Shown here in pieces: positions 1-9,379 of a DNA stretch of 64,000 nt. This DNA comes from an uncultured Nitrososphaerota archaeon. Its GTDB lineage: Archaea > Korarchaeota > Korarchaeia > Korarchaeales > Korarchaeaceae. The position numbers and the translations under genes are program-made. The stretch spans positions 192,989 to 256,988 of the forward strand of contig CAZQNA010000001.1 in assembly GCA_964594835.1 (NCBI GenBank), given 5' to 3'. Below the pieces are notes generated by a model. The model saw nothing but the letters and a program-made list of their open reading frames with translations, did not search any database and was not told the DNA's origin. How positions within the stretch are numbered: position 1 is the first letter of the stretch; every line of letters begins with the position of its first letter.

Positions 1-1
1 G

Positions 2-835
2 GGTCACGAGAGGATACACTTCGTCGAGCTTGATCCCGAGAAGTTCGTCCAGGAGTGCGTGGACATTGTGAGGAGGGCCCAGGATAAGGGGATAGTGATC
101 AGGATACTGGGGGCCATGGCCGTCTACGTCCACACCCAGGACAACCCAAGGGCCCGGGAGATCCACCAGACGAGGTTCGGGGCTGGCGTCCCAATGTTCA
201 CCGACCTGGACGTGATGGCCTACAAGAAGCAGAAGAAGAAGATCAAGGAGTTCTTCGAGAAGGAGCTGAAGTTCCTGCCCGACAAAATGATCAACGCCCT
301 CTTCGGTGACAGGAGGCTCATCTACTACCACCCCCAGGGGAAGTACCACGTGGACGTGTTCTTCGACAAGCTGGAGTTCAGCCACGACGTTCCCTTCGGG
401 AGCAAGCCCGGTGAGGGGAGGCTCGAGCTCAGCTTCCCCGCTATCTCTCCGACCGACGTGGTTCTCGAGAAGCTCCAGATCCACGAGATCAATCCAAAGG
501 ATTTGGTGGACCTTATAGTGCTCTTCCTGACCCACGAGATCGCCGAGGAGGAGGGAGACGGCAGGATCAACGCCGGGTACATCGCACGGCTCCTGTCAGA
601 GGACTGGGGCTTCTGGTACGACGCTGTTAACAACCTGAACTTGGTCAAGAAGTACGCGGATCAGATGGTCGAGGAGGGCAGGCTCAAGGCGGAGGAGCGA
701 GACGTGGTCCACCAGAAGGTTGACCTTCTGCTGAAGAGGATCGAAGAGGAGCCGAAGTCCAAGAAGTGGCAGAAGAGGGCGAAGGCCGGGACCAAGAAGA
801 AGTGGTGGAGGGACGTTGAGGAGGTCGTGAGATAG
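2..835 (+). CDS. Putative nucleotidyltransferase-fold (Pol beta superfamily) protein, possibly 5'-truncated by the window edge
   Basis: Frame is open from base 2; the track starts it at GTG 59. ILGAMAV...TDLDV (hG[AS]...DxD) followed by VDVF matches the minimal NTase pattern. Confidence 0.6.
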   Translation, partial: GHERIHFVELDPEKFVQECVDIVRRAQDKGIVIRILGAMAVYVHTQDNPRAREIHQTRFGAGVPMFTDLDVMAYKKQKKKIKEFFEKELKFLPDKMINALFGDRRLIYYHPQGKYHVDVFFDKLEFSHDVPFGSKPGEGRLELSFPAISPTDVVLEKLQIHEINPKDLVDLIVLFLTHEIAEEEGDGRINAGYIARLLSEDWGFWYDAVNNLNLVKKYADQMVEEGRLKAEERDVVHQKVDLLLKRIEEEPKSKKWQKRAKAGTKKKWWRDVEEVVR

Positions 836-884
836 ACCTCCTCAACTGCAAACTATTTGAGGGGTCTCCCAGCGGGCGCGGTCG

Positions 885-2270
885 ATGCCCGACCTTGAGA
901 GGCTTGTTGAGAGGGCCGAGTCCCTCGGCGCCGAGTTCGCCGAGGTCAGGTGGCAGAGGGTCGAGAGCACCCGCCTCGTCGTGGTGGATGGCACCCTGAG
1001 GGAGCTCAACACCGGGGTTCGCGAGGGCTTCGGCATAAGGGCGTTCGTTGGCGGCGCCTGGGGCTTCTCGACCGTCCACGGCGGAGACGAGTCAGCTGCC
1101 CTCGGGGCCGTCGAGGAGGCGGTTAAGCTGGCAAAGGCCGCCTCCAAGCTGAAGTCCGAGAGGTTCAACATCTCGGGAGAGCCCACCACCGGCTCCTGGG
1201 AGACCTCGGCGAGGGTGGACCCCAGAGAGGTAGACGTCTCTCGGAAGATCGAGTTCACGATGGGGATCAACGACTCGGCCAGGGCCGTGGACCAGAGGGT
1301 CAAGAACGTGAACGTCGCCTACGTCGACACGGTCTCGCGTGAGAGCGTGGCCAACACGATCGGGACGAGGGTGACCCAGGAGGTGATGAGGACCCGGGCC
1401 GCCGTCCAGGTGTTCGCCCACGAGGCCGGGACGACCGAGAGGGCGTTCGAGAGCGTCGGAGGGCTCGGGGGCTTCGAGGTGGTCCAGACGGACAAGGCAC
1501 TCGGCATGGGCGAGGAATCCGCCAGGCGCGCCGTGGATCTCCTCTCTGCCAAGTCGGCCCCCGCCGGGCCGTTCCAGGCGATACTCGATCCGAGGCTCGC
1601 GGGGGTCTTCATACACGAGGCGTTCGGCCACGCCTGTGAGGCAGACGAGGTCCTGGCCAAGATGAGCATACTAGAGGGGAGGGTCGGGGAGAGGGTCGGG
1701 AGGGAGATCGTGAACGTCGCCGACGATCCGACCCTCCCAGGCCTCTACGGGTCATACGCCTTCGACTCGGAGGGGTCGAGGGCCGTGAAGAAGTACCTCG
1801 TCAGGGGGGGCGTCCTGACCTCCTTCATGCACAACCTCGAGACGGCCAGCCGAATGGGGACGTCGAGCACCGGCAACGGCAGGGCGACGGACTACTCCAG
1901 CCCGCCCATCGTCCGCATGAGCAACACGTTCATCGAGCCGGGGGACTGGACCGTGGACGAGATGTTCTCGGAGGTGAGGGATGGGATATACGCGGTCGGC
2001 AGCCTCTACGGGTACACGGATCCCGCGAAGGGGGAGTTCGTGTTCAAGGCGGAGGGCGGCTGGCGCGTCAAGAACGGGGAGCGCGTCGAGAGGCTCAGGG
2101 AGGTCGCCATCACGGGGACGATCCTCGAGATACTCCACAACATCTCCGCCGTGGGTAGGAATCTCGAGTACGACCCTGGGCACTGCGGGAAGTTCGGACA
2201 GTGGGTGCCCGTGACGACAGGGTCCCCCCACATCCTGGTTGACCGGGTCGTGTTCGGGGGCATGAGGTGA
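885..2270 (+). CDS. tldD: TldD family metalloprotease
   Basis: HEAFGH (HExxxH) motif, DDPT, RMSNT and C-terminal CGK. Confidence 0.9.
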   Translation: MPDLERLVERAESLGAEFAEVRWQRVESTRLVVVDGTLRELNTGVREGFGIRAFVGGAWGFSTVHGGDESAALGAVEEAVKLAKAASKLKSERFNISGEPTTGSWETSARVDPREVDVSRKIEFTMGINDSARAVDQRVKNVNVAYVDTVSRESVANTIGTRVTQEVMRTRAAVQVFAHEAGTTERAFESVGGLGGFEVVQTDKALGMGEESARRAVDLLSAKSAPAGPFQAILDPRLAGVFIHEAFGHACEADEVLAKMSILEGRVGERVGREIVNVADDPTLPGLYGSYAFDSEGSRAVKKYLVRGGVLTSFMHNLETASRMGTSSTGNGRATDYSSPPIVRMSNTFIEPGDWTVDEMFSEVRDGIYAVGSLYGYTDPAKGEFVFKAEGGWRVKNGERVERLREVAITGTILEILHNISAVGRNLEYDPGHCGKFGQWVPVTTGSPHILVDRVVFGGMR

Positions 2271-3610
2271 TCGGGATGGTCGATCTGCTTGGCCTGGGGG
2301 AGGATGCCGTCAGGAGGGCGACCTCCGCGGGCGCCGAGGAGGCTGAGGCCTTCCTGGTGTCCGGCAGGAGGATCACCGTCGAGGTGGAGAAGGGAGAGGT
2401 GAAGACCGCGAGGTCCGAGGTCGTCTCGGGAGTCGGGGTCAGGTCCGTCGTGGGGGGTAAGGTGGGGTTCGCCTACGCCACCAGCCTGGCCGACGCGCTC
2501 GAGGTGGCCGAGAAGTCGGTCAGGAACGCCGTGGCCAGCAGGCCAGACCCCCACTTCAGGGGTCTCCCGGACCCGGGTCGGCCGACCCGGGTGGAGGGTC
2601 TCTTCGACCCAAGGGTGGCCGAGCTAGACGTCGCTGAGGCCGTGGAGTACACCGGAGAGATGATATCCGCGGCGAGCTCAAAGCGGGGGGTGGTCTCGGT
2701 CGGCGGGGCCATGAGCGCCTCGGCCCAGGAGGTGGCCGTGGTCAGCAGCCGCGGCGTGGGCGTGTCGGAGAGGAGGACCTCCACGTCCCTCTACGCGTTC
2801 GTCGCGGCGAGGGACGGAGACAGGAGCAGCTCTGGCTTTGAGGTCAACTCCGGCCGGTTCCTGAGGGAGATCAACCCCACCTGGGTGGGGTCTCAGGCCG
2901 GAGAGCTGGCGTCCGCCCTCCTCGACGCCGTCAGGGTCGAGACGGGCACCTACCCGATGGTGCTGGACCCCCTCACCATGGGGCCCTTCATCGGCTTCGT
3001 CGTCTCGTCGGCCGCGAACGGCGAGAACGTGGTCTACGGCAGGAGCTTTCTCACGGGGAAGCTCGGCCAGAGGATAGCCTCCGAGGCCGTGACGCTGCTG
3101 GACGACGGGACGCTCGCCGGGGGAGAGGCCAGCGCCAGCTTCGACGGCGAGGGGGTCCCCACAAGGAGGACGCCGGTGGTTGAGGGGGGAGTCCTGACCA
3201 ACTACATCCACAACTCTTACACGGCCGGGAGGATGGGGGCAGAGTCCACCGGAAACGCGACAAGGTCATTCGACTCGCTCCCCGGCGTGGGATCGCACAA
3301 CGTCGTCCTCGAGGCCCCGAAACTTGAGGTCTCGGAGGAGGACCTGTTGGACGTGAGGAGGGGGATACTGCTGAAGCTGACCGAGGACAGGCCCAACCTG
3401 GCCAACGGGGAATTCAGCGGTATGGTGTACATGGGGTTCCTGATCGAGGACGGCGAGGTTAAGACTGGAGTCAAGGAGGCCAGCTTTGGGATACGCCTCG
3501 TGGACCTGATGAAGGGGATAGAGGCCGTGGGCAGGGAGAAGAGGTCCGTGATGGGCGTGATCTCTCCGCTGGTGAGGGTGGCGTCGGTGAGGGTCGCTGG
3601 GCCCTCCTGA
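2267..3610 (+). CDS. pmbA: PmbA/TldE family protein
   Basis: GTGA overlap with tldD. FDGEG and STGNA motifs, no HExxxH. Confidence 0.88.
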   Translation: MIGMVDLLGLGEDAVRRATSAGAEEAEAFLVSGRRITVEVEKGEVKTARSEVVSGVGVRSVVGGKVGFAYATSLADALEVAEKSVRNAVASRPDPHFRGLPDPGRPTRVEGLFDPRVAELDVAEAVEYTGEMISAASSKRGVVSVGGAMSASAQEVAVVSSRGVGVSERRTSTSLYAFVAARDGDRSSSGFEVNSGRFLREINPTWVGSQAGELASALLDAVRVETGTYPMVLDPLTMGPFIGFVVSSAANGENVVYGRSFLTGKLGQRIASEAVTLLDDGTLAGGEASASFDGEGVPTRRTPVVEGGVLTNYIHNSYTAGRMGAESTGNATRSFDSLPGVGSHNVVLEAPKLEVSEEDLLDVRRGILLKLTEDRPNLANGEFSGMVYMGFLIEDGEVKTGVKEASFGIRLVDLMKGIEAVGREKRSVMGVISPLVRVASVRVAGPS

Positions 3611-3673
3611 CCGCCCCCTCATATAACCTCCGTTGAGTTTTAATCTGGCTGGTGGATAACACCGTGATAGGAT

Positions 3674-3907
3674 ATGTTGCTGGAGTCCCACATTCGGATG
3701 CTTAGAGAGGTCGCGGAGGCGGGAGACGAGGGTGTGCCAGCCAGCGAGCTGATCCCCAAGAGGGAGTACAGGGACTTCGTCCTGAAGTTCCTCTCCCGCA
3801 AGGGGTACATTAGGGTGAAGAGGCAGGGAGCCGGCGGGAGGGTCTACATAACCCCCAAGGGCCTGAGGCTCATAAGGGCCCGGGCGAGATCGGAGAAGAG
3901 GGCCTGA
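3674..3907 (+). CDS. Small winged-helix protein
   Basis: 77 aa; LKFLSRKGYI...VYITPKG is a typical wHTH wing signature. Confidence 0.65.
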   Translation: MLLESHIRMLREVAEAGDEGVPASELIPKREYRDFVLKFLSRKGYIRVKRQGAGGRVYITPKGLRLIRARARSEKRA

Positions 3908-3919
3908 GGACGGGCTGGA

Positions 3920-4369
3920 TCACACGGTTCCCCTCTCTTTCTCGAGCACCTCAATCCGCTCAATCCTGGTGTAGGGGTACTGTCCACGCTCGTCCTTCTC
4001 GTACCGCTTTACCATGTCCCACACCGCAAGGAGAGCGGCCGACACCCCCGCGAGGGCCTCCATCTCTACGCCCGTCTTCCCGACGCTCTTGACCGTCACC
4101 TCGATTTCTACCCCCTCTTCCAGGGTCCTGAACTCGACCTCGACCCCCGTTATGGGAATGGGGTGGCAGAGGGGCACGAGCTCAGGGGTCCTCTTGACCG
4201 CCATTATGGCGGCCACCCTTGCAACAGAGGATACGTCTCCCTTCTCCACCCTGCCCTCCCTTATCCTCCTCAGGCTCTCCTCGGTCAGCCTGATGAATCC
4301 ACGGGCCCTGGCGATCCGGAAGACGTCCCCCTTCCCCGTTATGTCGACCATCCTAACGTCCAACGGCAC
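3920..4369 (-). CDS. moaC: Cyclic pyranopterin monophosphate synthase MoaC
   Basis: MVDITGK, KGDV, LVPLCHP and TGVEMEAL motifs. Confidence 0.95.
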   Translation of the reverse strand: MPLDVRMVDITGKGDVFRIARARGFIRLTEESLRRIREGRVEKGDVSSVARVAAIMAVKRTPELVPLCHPIPITGVEVEFRTLEEGVEIEVTVKSVGKTGVEMEALAGVSAALLAVWDMVKRYEKDERGQYPYTRIERIEVLEKERGTV

Positions 4370-5330
4370 CTCCCCCCGCGGCGGCCTCCGCCCTCGCCAC
4401 CGGGATGACCCACCCGAAGTACGGCTTCCTCAGGGACACGGCCCTGAGGTATATCAGGGTTAGCTCTTCGTCGCTGGCCCCGGCCCTCATGGGCCCCAGG
4501 AAGTCCACCGTGTTGTCCTCCAAGAACAGGCACGGCTTGAATCGGCCGTCGCTCGTTATCCTGATCCTCGTGCACCTGGCGCAGAAGTCTGGGTTCCCCA
4601 TGGGGCCCACGAGTTCCACCTCGACCCCGCCCACGTCGAAAACGAGCCGGTTCTGCATGTCGTGCCTGATGTGGACGAGCCGACCCCCGAGTCCCCTGAC
4701 GGTCTCCACCAGCTGGTCCAGGGAGATCCCGTACCTCCTCATGAGGGGGGAGTCAGGATCCGCGTCCTCCAGCTGTATGAGCTGGACAACGGCCCCCACG
4801 CGCCTGGCGAACTCGATCAGATCGGGCGTCTCGTCGTCGTTGACTCCCCTCAGGAGGACCCTGTTCAGCTTCAGCTGCCTGAACCCCTCGGCCGAGGCGG
4901 CCTCTATCCCCCTCACGACGTCTCTGAGGGCGTCCACCCTGGTTATCTCCCTGAACCTTTCCGGCCGCAGGCTGGGCAGGCTCACGTTCACCCTGTCCAG
5001 CCCGGCCTCCCTCAGCTCGGAGGCCAGCCCTGCCAGCCTAGATCCGTTGGTCACCATGCTCAGGTCGGTTATCCCTCCGACCTCGGAGATCCTCCGCACG
5101 ACCTCGGCTATGTCGTCCCTCACGGTCGGCTCGCCCCCGGTGAGCTTCACCTTGTGCACCCCGTGGCGCGCCAGGACCCCCACTATCCTGCCTATCTCGT
5201 CCGGGGTCATCTCTCTTCCCCTCGGGACGTAGCCCTCCCTGTGACAGTAGAAGCAGGAGAAGTTGCAGGCGCTGGTTACGGATATCCTGACGTTGTAGAC
5301 CGGCCGATCGAACGGGTCGACAACCCTCAA
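4353..5330 (-). CDS. moaA: GTP 3',8-cyclase MoaA
   Basis: CNFSCFYCHREG radical SAM motif, LTGGEP, and FCARCTRIRITSDGRFKPCL twitch motif. Confidence 0.93.
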   Translation of the reverse strand: MRVVDPFDRPVYNVRISVTSACNFSCFYCHREGYVPRGREMTPDEIGRIVGVLARHGVHKVKLTGGEPTVRDDIAEVVRRISEVGGITDLSMVTNGSRLAGLASELREAGLDRVNVSLPSLRPERFREITRVDALRDVVRGIEAASAEGFRQLKLNRVLLRGVNDDETPDLIEFARRVGAVVQLIQLEDADPDSPLMRRYGISLDQLVETVRGLGGRLVHIRHDMQNRLVFDVGGVEVELVGPMGNPDFCARCTRIRITSDGRFKPCLFLEDNTVDFLGPMRAGASDEELTLIYLRAVSLRKPYFGWVIPVARAEAAAGGGAVGR

Positions 5331-5370
5331 TCCGATCGGAGGCCCGGTGATCCTAGAGGTAAAAAACCCC

Positions 5371-6051
5371 CTACCCCCAGGGGGTCCCCTCCTCGACCCA
5401 GCGGCCTCCCCCCTCCGTGACCTCCTTCTTCCATATGGTGACCCTTCTCTTGACAGAGTCGACGATCCCGGCCAGGGTCTCGAAGGCCTCCTGCCGGTGC
5501 TCCGACGCCACGGCCACGAGCATCACCCGCTCCCCCGGCTCCCTGGCTCCGACGGTGTGGTAGATCACCACCTCCTTCACCCCGGCCCTCTTGAGCGCCT
5601 CTTCTCGTATGGCCTCCATCTCCCTGAGGGCCATCTCCTCGTAGGCCTCGTACTCCAGCCTGAGCACCCTCTCGCCGGCCGAGCTCCCCCGGACGACCCC
5701 CACGAATATGACCACCGCCCCGGCCTCTCCCGCCCCCGGAGAGACCTCCGAGAACAGCTCTTCCAGGGAGGGAAGCTCTCGAAACAGCCCCACCTTCGGA
5801 CCACCGCCCGACACGGGGGGGAAGACCGCGACCGAGTCCCCTTCCCTCAGCGGGTCTCCAGGCCTGGCGAAGCGTCCGTTGACCGCCACTATCGCGCGCC
5901 CCTCCCTAAGCCTCTCGGATATCCCGGGAACCAGGCCGTCGAGCTTCCTCACGAGGTCCTCCACCTTCGAGCCCTCTCCCAGCTCCAACTCGAGCTGGGA
6001 CCGACCCGCCGCCTCCCTGAACGAGGCGAAGAGCTTCACGCTGACGCGCAC
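5371..6051 (-). CDS. moaE: MoaD-MoaE fusion (molybdopterin synthase, MoaX-like)
   Basis: Ubiquitin-like N-terminus VKLFASFRE...FPPVSGG fused to MoaE (FVGVVR, LEYEAYEEMA, HR, IWKKE). GTG 6051 chosen as start. Confidence 0.88.
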   Translation of the reverse strand: MRVSVKLFASFREAAGRSQLELELGEGSKVEDLVRKLDGLVPGISERLREGRAIVAVNGRFARPGDPLREGDSVAVFPPVSGGGPKVGLFRELPSLEELFSEVSPGAGEAGAVVIFVGVVRGSSAGERVLRLEYEAYEEMALREMEAIREEALKRAGVKEVVIYHTVGAREPGERVMLVAVASEHRQEAFETLAGIVDSVKRRVTIWKKEVTEGGGRWVEEGTPWG

Positions 6052-6123
6052 GCGGATCGCGCGTCCGGGTGGGAAATAAAGCCGAGGTTCCACCTTATAG
6101 CCACCACCACCGTCGGCCGCCAG

Positions 6124-7080
6124 GTGCCGCTCCGCCCAGGGCCCGTCTACATGGAGATCCTGAGGGCCGCGGAGTCGGTCCCCAGGGGGAGGCTGACCAC
6201 CTTCGTAGAGATAGCCAGGGCCTTAGGAGATTTCAGGGCCGCCAAGGCCGTAGCTGAGGTCATTTCCGTCATGGGTGGGCCCTACGGGGTCCCGTGGCAC
6301 CGGGTCGTGTCCTCCAGGGGGGAGGTGCTGAGGGGGGCCGAGGCCGCCCTGAGGGCCGAGGGGGTGGAGGTCAGGGACGGCAGGGTGGTAGACCTCTCCC
6401 GCAGGCTGGTCCCGGCAGACGAGCTCGAGGCGAGCCCAGTCCTGGCCGAGATGAGGAGGGCCCAGCGCATCCTCGCCGAGAGGGTGATACTGGAGGGCGA
6501 GCTCGAGGAGGCCTCCCTCGTGGCGGGGGCAGACGTGGCGTATCGCTGGGAGCGCGGCGAGGGGGGCCTCCCGATCGAGGTGGCCAGGGGGGCCGTCGTG
6601 GTGGTCGACGAGGAGCTCAGGGTGGTGGACGGCTCTATAAACGTCTCCCCGGCTCAGATGCCCTACGTGCCGACGTATCTGGCCTTCCGAGAGTTCCCGG
6701 CCGTCGCGAGGGTGCTGTCCAGGCTGGAGTTCGACGCCGTAATGGTCGACGGGCACGGCATCGCCCACCCGACGTTCTTCGGAGAGGCGAGCCACCTGGG
6801 CGTCTGCCTGGACGTCCCGTCTGTCGGCGTCGCCAAGAGGAGGCTGGTCGGCAGGCCGAGGGGGGAGGAGCTGATCTACATGACCCGGCAGGTGGGGTGG
6901 GCGGTCCCCATCAGGCCCGGCGGCAAGCCCGTGTACGTGTCTCCAGGCCACAAGATCTCCCTTGAGGGAGCTTTAAGACTCTTCAAGAGATTCCGGGGAG
7001 GAACCAGGGTCCCCGCCCCTGTGAGGCTCGCTCACAGGCTCGCGGAGTTTCCCAAGGGCGGGGGGACGTCCCTGCCCTGA
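6124..7080 (+). CDS. nfi: Alkyltransferase-like (ATL) domain - endonuclease V fusion
   Basis: N-terminal VPWHRVV. EndoV motifs GADVAY, PYVPTYLAFRE, VDGHGIAHP, GVAK and YVSPGH. Start GTG 6124 or ATG 6151. Confidence 0.88.
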   Translation: MPLRPGPVYMEILRAAESVPRGRLTTFVEIARALGDFRAAKAVAEVISVMGGPYGVPWHRVVSSRGEVLRGAEAALRAEGVEVRDGRVVDLSRRLVPADELEASPVLAEMRRAQRILAERVILEGELEEASLVAGADVAYRWERGEGGLPIEVARGAVVVVDEELRVVDGSINVSPAQMPYVPTYLAFREFPAVARVLSRLEFDAVMVDGHGIAHPTFFGEASHLGVCLDVPSVGVAKRRLVGRPRGEELIYMTRQVGWAVPIRPGGKPVYVSPGHKISLEGALRLFKRFRGGTRVPAPVRLAHRLAEFPKGGGTSLP

Positions 7081-7127
7081 CTTGAAGTCTTTTACGTTTC
7101 TACTCGCGGAGCCCCCCACGATCCGAT

Positions 7128-8573
7128 TTGCCGCGGAGGCTGGTCTCACACCCAATACTCGAGTTCGAGAGGGGTAGAGAGGTCGAGTTCACCTTTGAGG
7201 GGAGGAGGATAAGGGCCTTCGAGTTCGAGAGCGTCGCGGCCGCGCTGGTCGCGGAGGGGATAATGACGCTGGGCTGGAGCCCGAGGAGGCTGAGGCCCAG
7301 GGGATTCTTCTGCGGAATCGGAAAGTGCTCCTCGTGCCTCATGACGGTCGACGGAGTCCCGAACGTGAGGACCTGCATCACCCCGGTCAGGGAGGGGATG
7401 GAGGTGTGGAGGCAGAGGCCCCTCGGGGAGCTCCCGAGGGCCCCGCCGCCGGCGGCCAAGGCGGGAGAGCTGGACGTCGACCTCCTGATCGTGGGCGGGG
7501 GGCCGGCGGGGCTCTCGGCCGCCATAGAGGCGGCCAGGCTGGGGGCGAGGGTGGCCATAGCCGACGAGAACCTCAGGCCGGGGGGCCAGCTGATCAAGCA
7601 GACCCACAAGTTCTTCGGCTCGAGGGAGAACTACGCCGGCGTGAGGGGGGTGGAGATAGCCAGGATCCTCCTGAGGGAGCTGAGGGAGATCGGGGAGAGG
7701 GTCACCTGGCTGACTAGGGCGACGGTGGTCGCCGATTACGTGGGATCCGCCCACGACGTCGTGATAAGCACGCCCGAGGGGCCCTGGAGGGTCAGGGCCG
7801 ACGCGGTCGTCGCGGCCACCGGCGCCATGGAGAACATGATCCCCTTCCCGAACAACGACCTCCCCGGGGTGATGGGGGCCGGGGGCCTGCAGACCCTCAT
7901 GCACGTCTTCGGGGTCGTGCCTGGGGAGAGCGCGCTGGTGGTCGGGGCCGGGAACGTGGGGCTCATACTGGCCTACCAGCTCCTCCAGGCTGGCGTGAGG
8001 GTGGAGGCGATCGTGGAGATCATGCCCAAGATCGGCGGGTACGCGGTGCACGCCGCCAAGGTCAGGAGGATGGGGGTCCCGATCCTCCTGAGGCACACCC
8101 TCAGCAGGGCGATCGGCCGGGAGAGGGTCGAGGCCGCTGAGGTGGTCCGGGTGGACGAGAACTTCAGGCCCATGGAGGGCACAGAGGAGCAGTTCGACGT
8201 CGACATGATCGTGCTGGCAGTGGGGCTGACCCCCTCGACCGAGATCCCGAGACAGGCCGGCGCGGAGTGGGATTACGTCCCGGAGCTTGGAGGGCCCGTC
8301 CCCGTGCACGACGTACTCCTGAGGACCACCGTCGAGGGGATGTACGTGGCCGGGGACTCCTCGGGTATAGAGGAGGCCACCACGGCCATGCTCGAGGGGC
8401 GGGTGGCGGGCGCCGACGCGGCCGCCGAACTCGGGATTGGCTCGGACAGGGCCCGGGAGGTCATAGAAGAGGCCCTTCACCAGCTCGAGGAGTTCCGGAG
8501 GGGTCCCTTCAGCGAGAGGGTCGTGAGGGGAAAGCGGAGGATATGGGAGAGGGCAAGGGAGGTGATCGGATGA
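7128..8573 (+). CDS. 2Fe-2S / FAD-NAD(P) oxidoreductase, alpha-type subunit of a dye-linked L-proline dehydrogenase / sarcosine oxidase-like complex
   Basis: FCGIGKCSSC...RTC, GGGPAG, KQTHKFFG, GAGNVG and AGD motifs. Confidence 0.85.
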   Translation: MPRRLVSHPILEFERGREVEFTFEGRRIRAFEFESVAAALVAEGIMTLGWSPRRLRPRGFFCGIGKCSSCLMTVDGVPNVRTCITPVREGMEVWRQRPLGELPRAPPPAAKAGELDVDLLIVGGGPAGLSAAIEAARLGARVAIADENLRPGGQLIKQTHKFFGSRENYAGVRGVEIARILLRELREIGERVTWLTRATVVADYVGSAHDVVISTPEGPWRVRADAVVAATGAMENMIPFPNNDLPGVMGAGGLQTLMHVFGVVPGESALVVGAGNVGLILAYQLLQAGVRVEAIVEIMPKIGGYAVHAAKVRRMGVPILLRHTLSRAIGRERVEAAEVVRVDENFRPMEGTEEQFDVDMIVLAVGLTPSTEIPRQAGAEWDYVPELGGPVPVHDVLLRTTVEGMYVAGDSSGIEEATTAMLEGRVAGADAAAELGIGSDRAREVIEEALHQLEEFRRGPFSERVVRGKRRIWERAREVIG

Positions 8574-9052
8574 GCGAGCCCGGCGTTATCCCTGAGGACG
8601 TGCTGTCCAGCCTCCTGCCGCCGGACGAGAAGGCAGAGGGGAGGGCCGTCGCGGTCATAGAGTGCCACGAGGAGATACCCTGCGACACCTGCCGTTGGGT
8701 CTGCCCCGTCAAGGCCGTCATCAAGCCTTCCGTCACGACCCCGCCTAGGTGCAACTGGGACGCGTGCATAGGGTGCGGGACCTGCGTCCTGGCCTGTCCG
8801 GGTCTGGCGATCTTCATGGTGAAGCTCGACGGGGAGTGGGCCGAGGTGTCAGTCCCGTACGAGTTCCTGCCCGTGCCCGAGAGGGGGGAGGTTGTCTGGG
8901 CCCTGGACAGGGTGGGGAGGAGGGTGGCCAGGGCCGAGGTGGTGAGGGCCGTGACGTCGAAGGACAGGACCTCCATGGTGACGGTCAGGGTGCCGAGGGA
9001 GCTGGCTCACACCGTGAGGGCCATTCTCCCGCCGGAGAGGGGGGAGGGGTGA
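8570..9052 (+). CDS. 4Fe-4S ferredoxin subunit
   Basis: ATGA overlap. CHEEIPCDTCRWVCP and CIGCGTCVLACP motifs. Confidence 0.85.
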   Translation: MSEPGVIPEDVLSSLLPPDEKAEGRAVAVIECHEEIPCDTCRWVCPVKAVIKPSVTTPPRCNWDACIGCGTCVLACPGLAIFMVKLDGEWAEVSVPYEFLPVPERGEVVWALDRVGRRVARAEVVRAVTSKDRTSMVTVRVPRELAHTVRAILPPERGEG

Positions 9053-9055
9053 GGC

Positions 9056-9379
9056 ATGGCGCGCGAGGACGAGATCACGATCTGCAGGTGCGAGGACGTC
9101 ACGGCCGCCGAGGTCGTGGAGGCGATAAGGGTCTACGGGGCGAGGACCCTCGAGGAGCTCAAGAGGATTCTGAGGATAGGGATGGGGCCCTGCCAGGGTA
9201 GGACCTGCCTCAGGCTGGCGGCGGGGATACTCGCGAGGGAGCTCGGGGTCCCCACGGCGGAGGTGATGAGGGGGCTCCCGCGCGTGAGGCCCCCCATCGT
9301 CCCGGTGCCCGTAGGTCACCTCGCCCTGATCGAGTCGACGGAGGGCGAGTCGGAGTCTGGGGGAGGGGGGGAGGATTGA
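9056..9379 (+). CDS. BFD-like (2Fe-2S)-binding subunit
   Basis: ICRCEDV...GMGPCQGRTC...RPP. Confidence 0.88.
   Translation: MAREDEITICRCEDVTAAEVVEAIRVYGARTLEELKRILRIGMGPCQGRTCLRLAAGILARELGVPTAEVMRGLPRVRPPIVPVPVGHLALIESTEGESESGGGGED

Noticed and set aside
5347-6123. Long N-terminal extension of the EndoV ORF (577 aa)
   Set aside because: Antisense to moaD-moaE; real homology begins near 6124.
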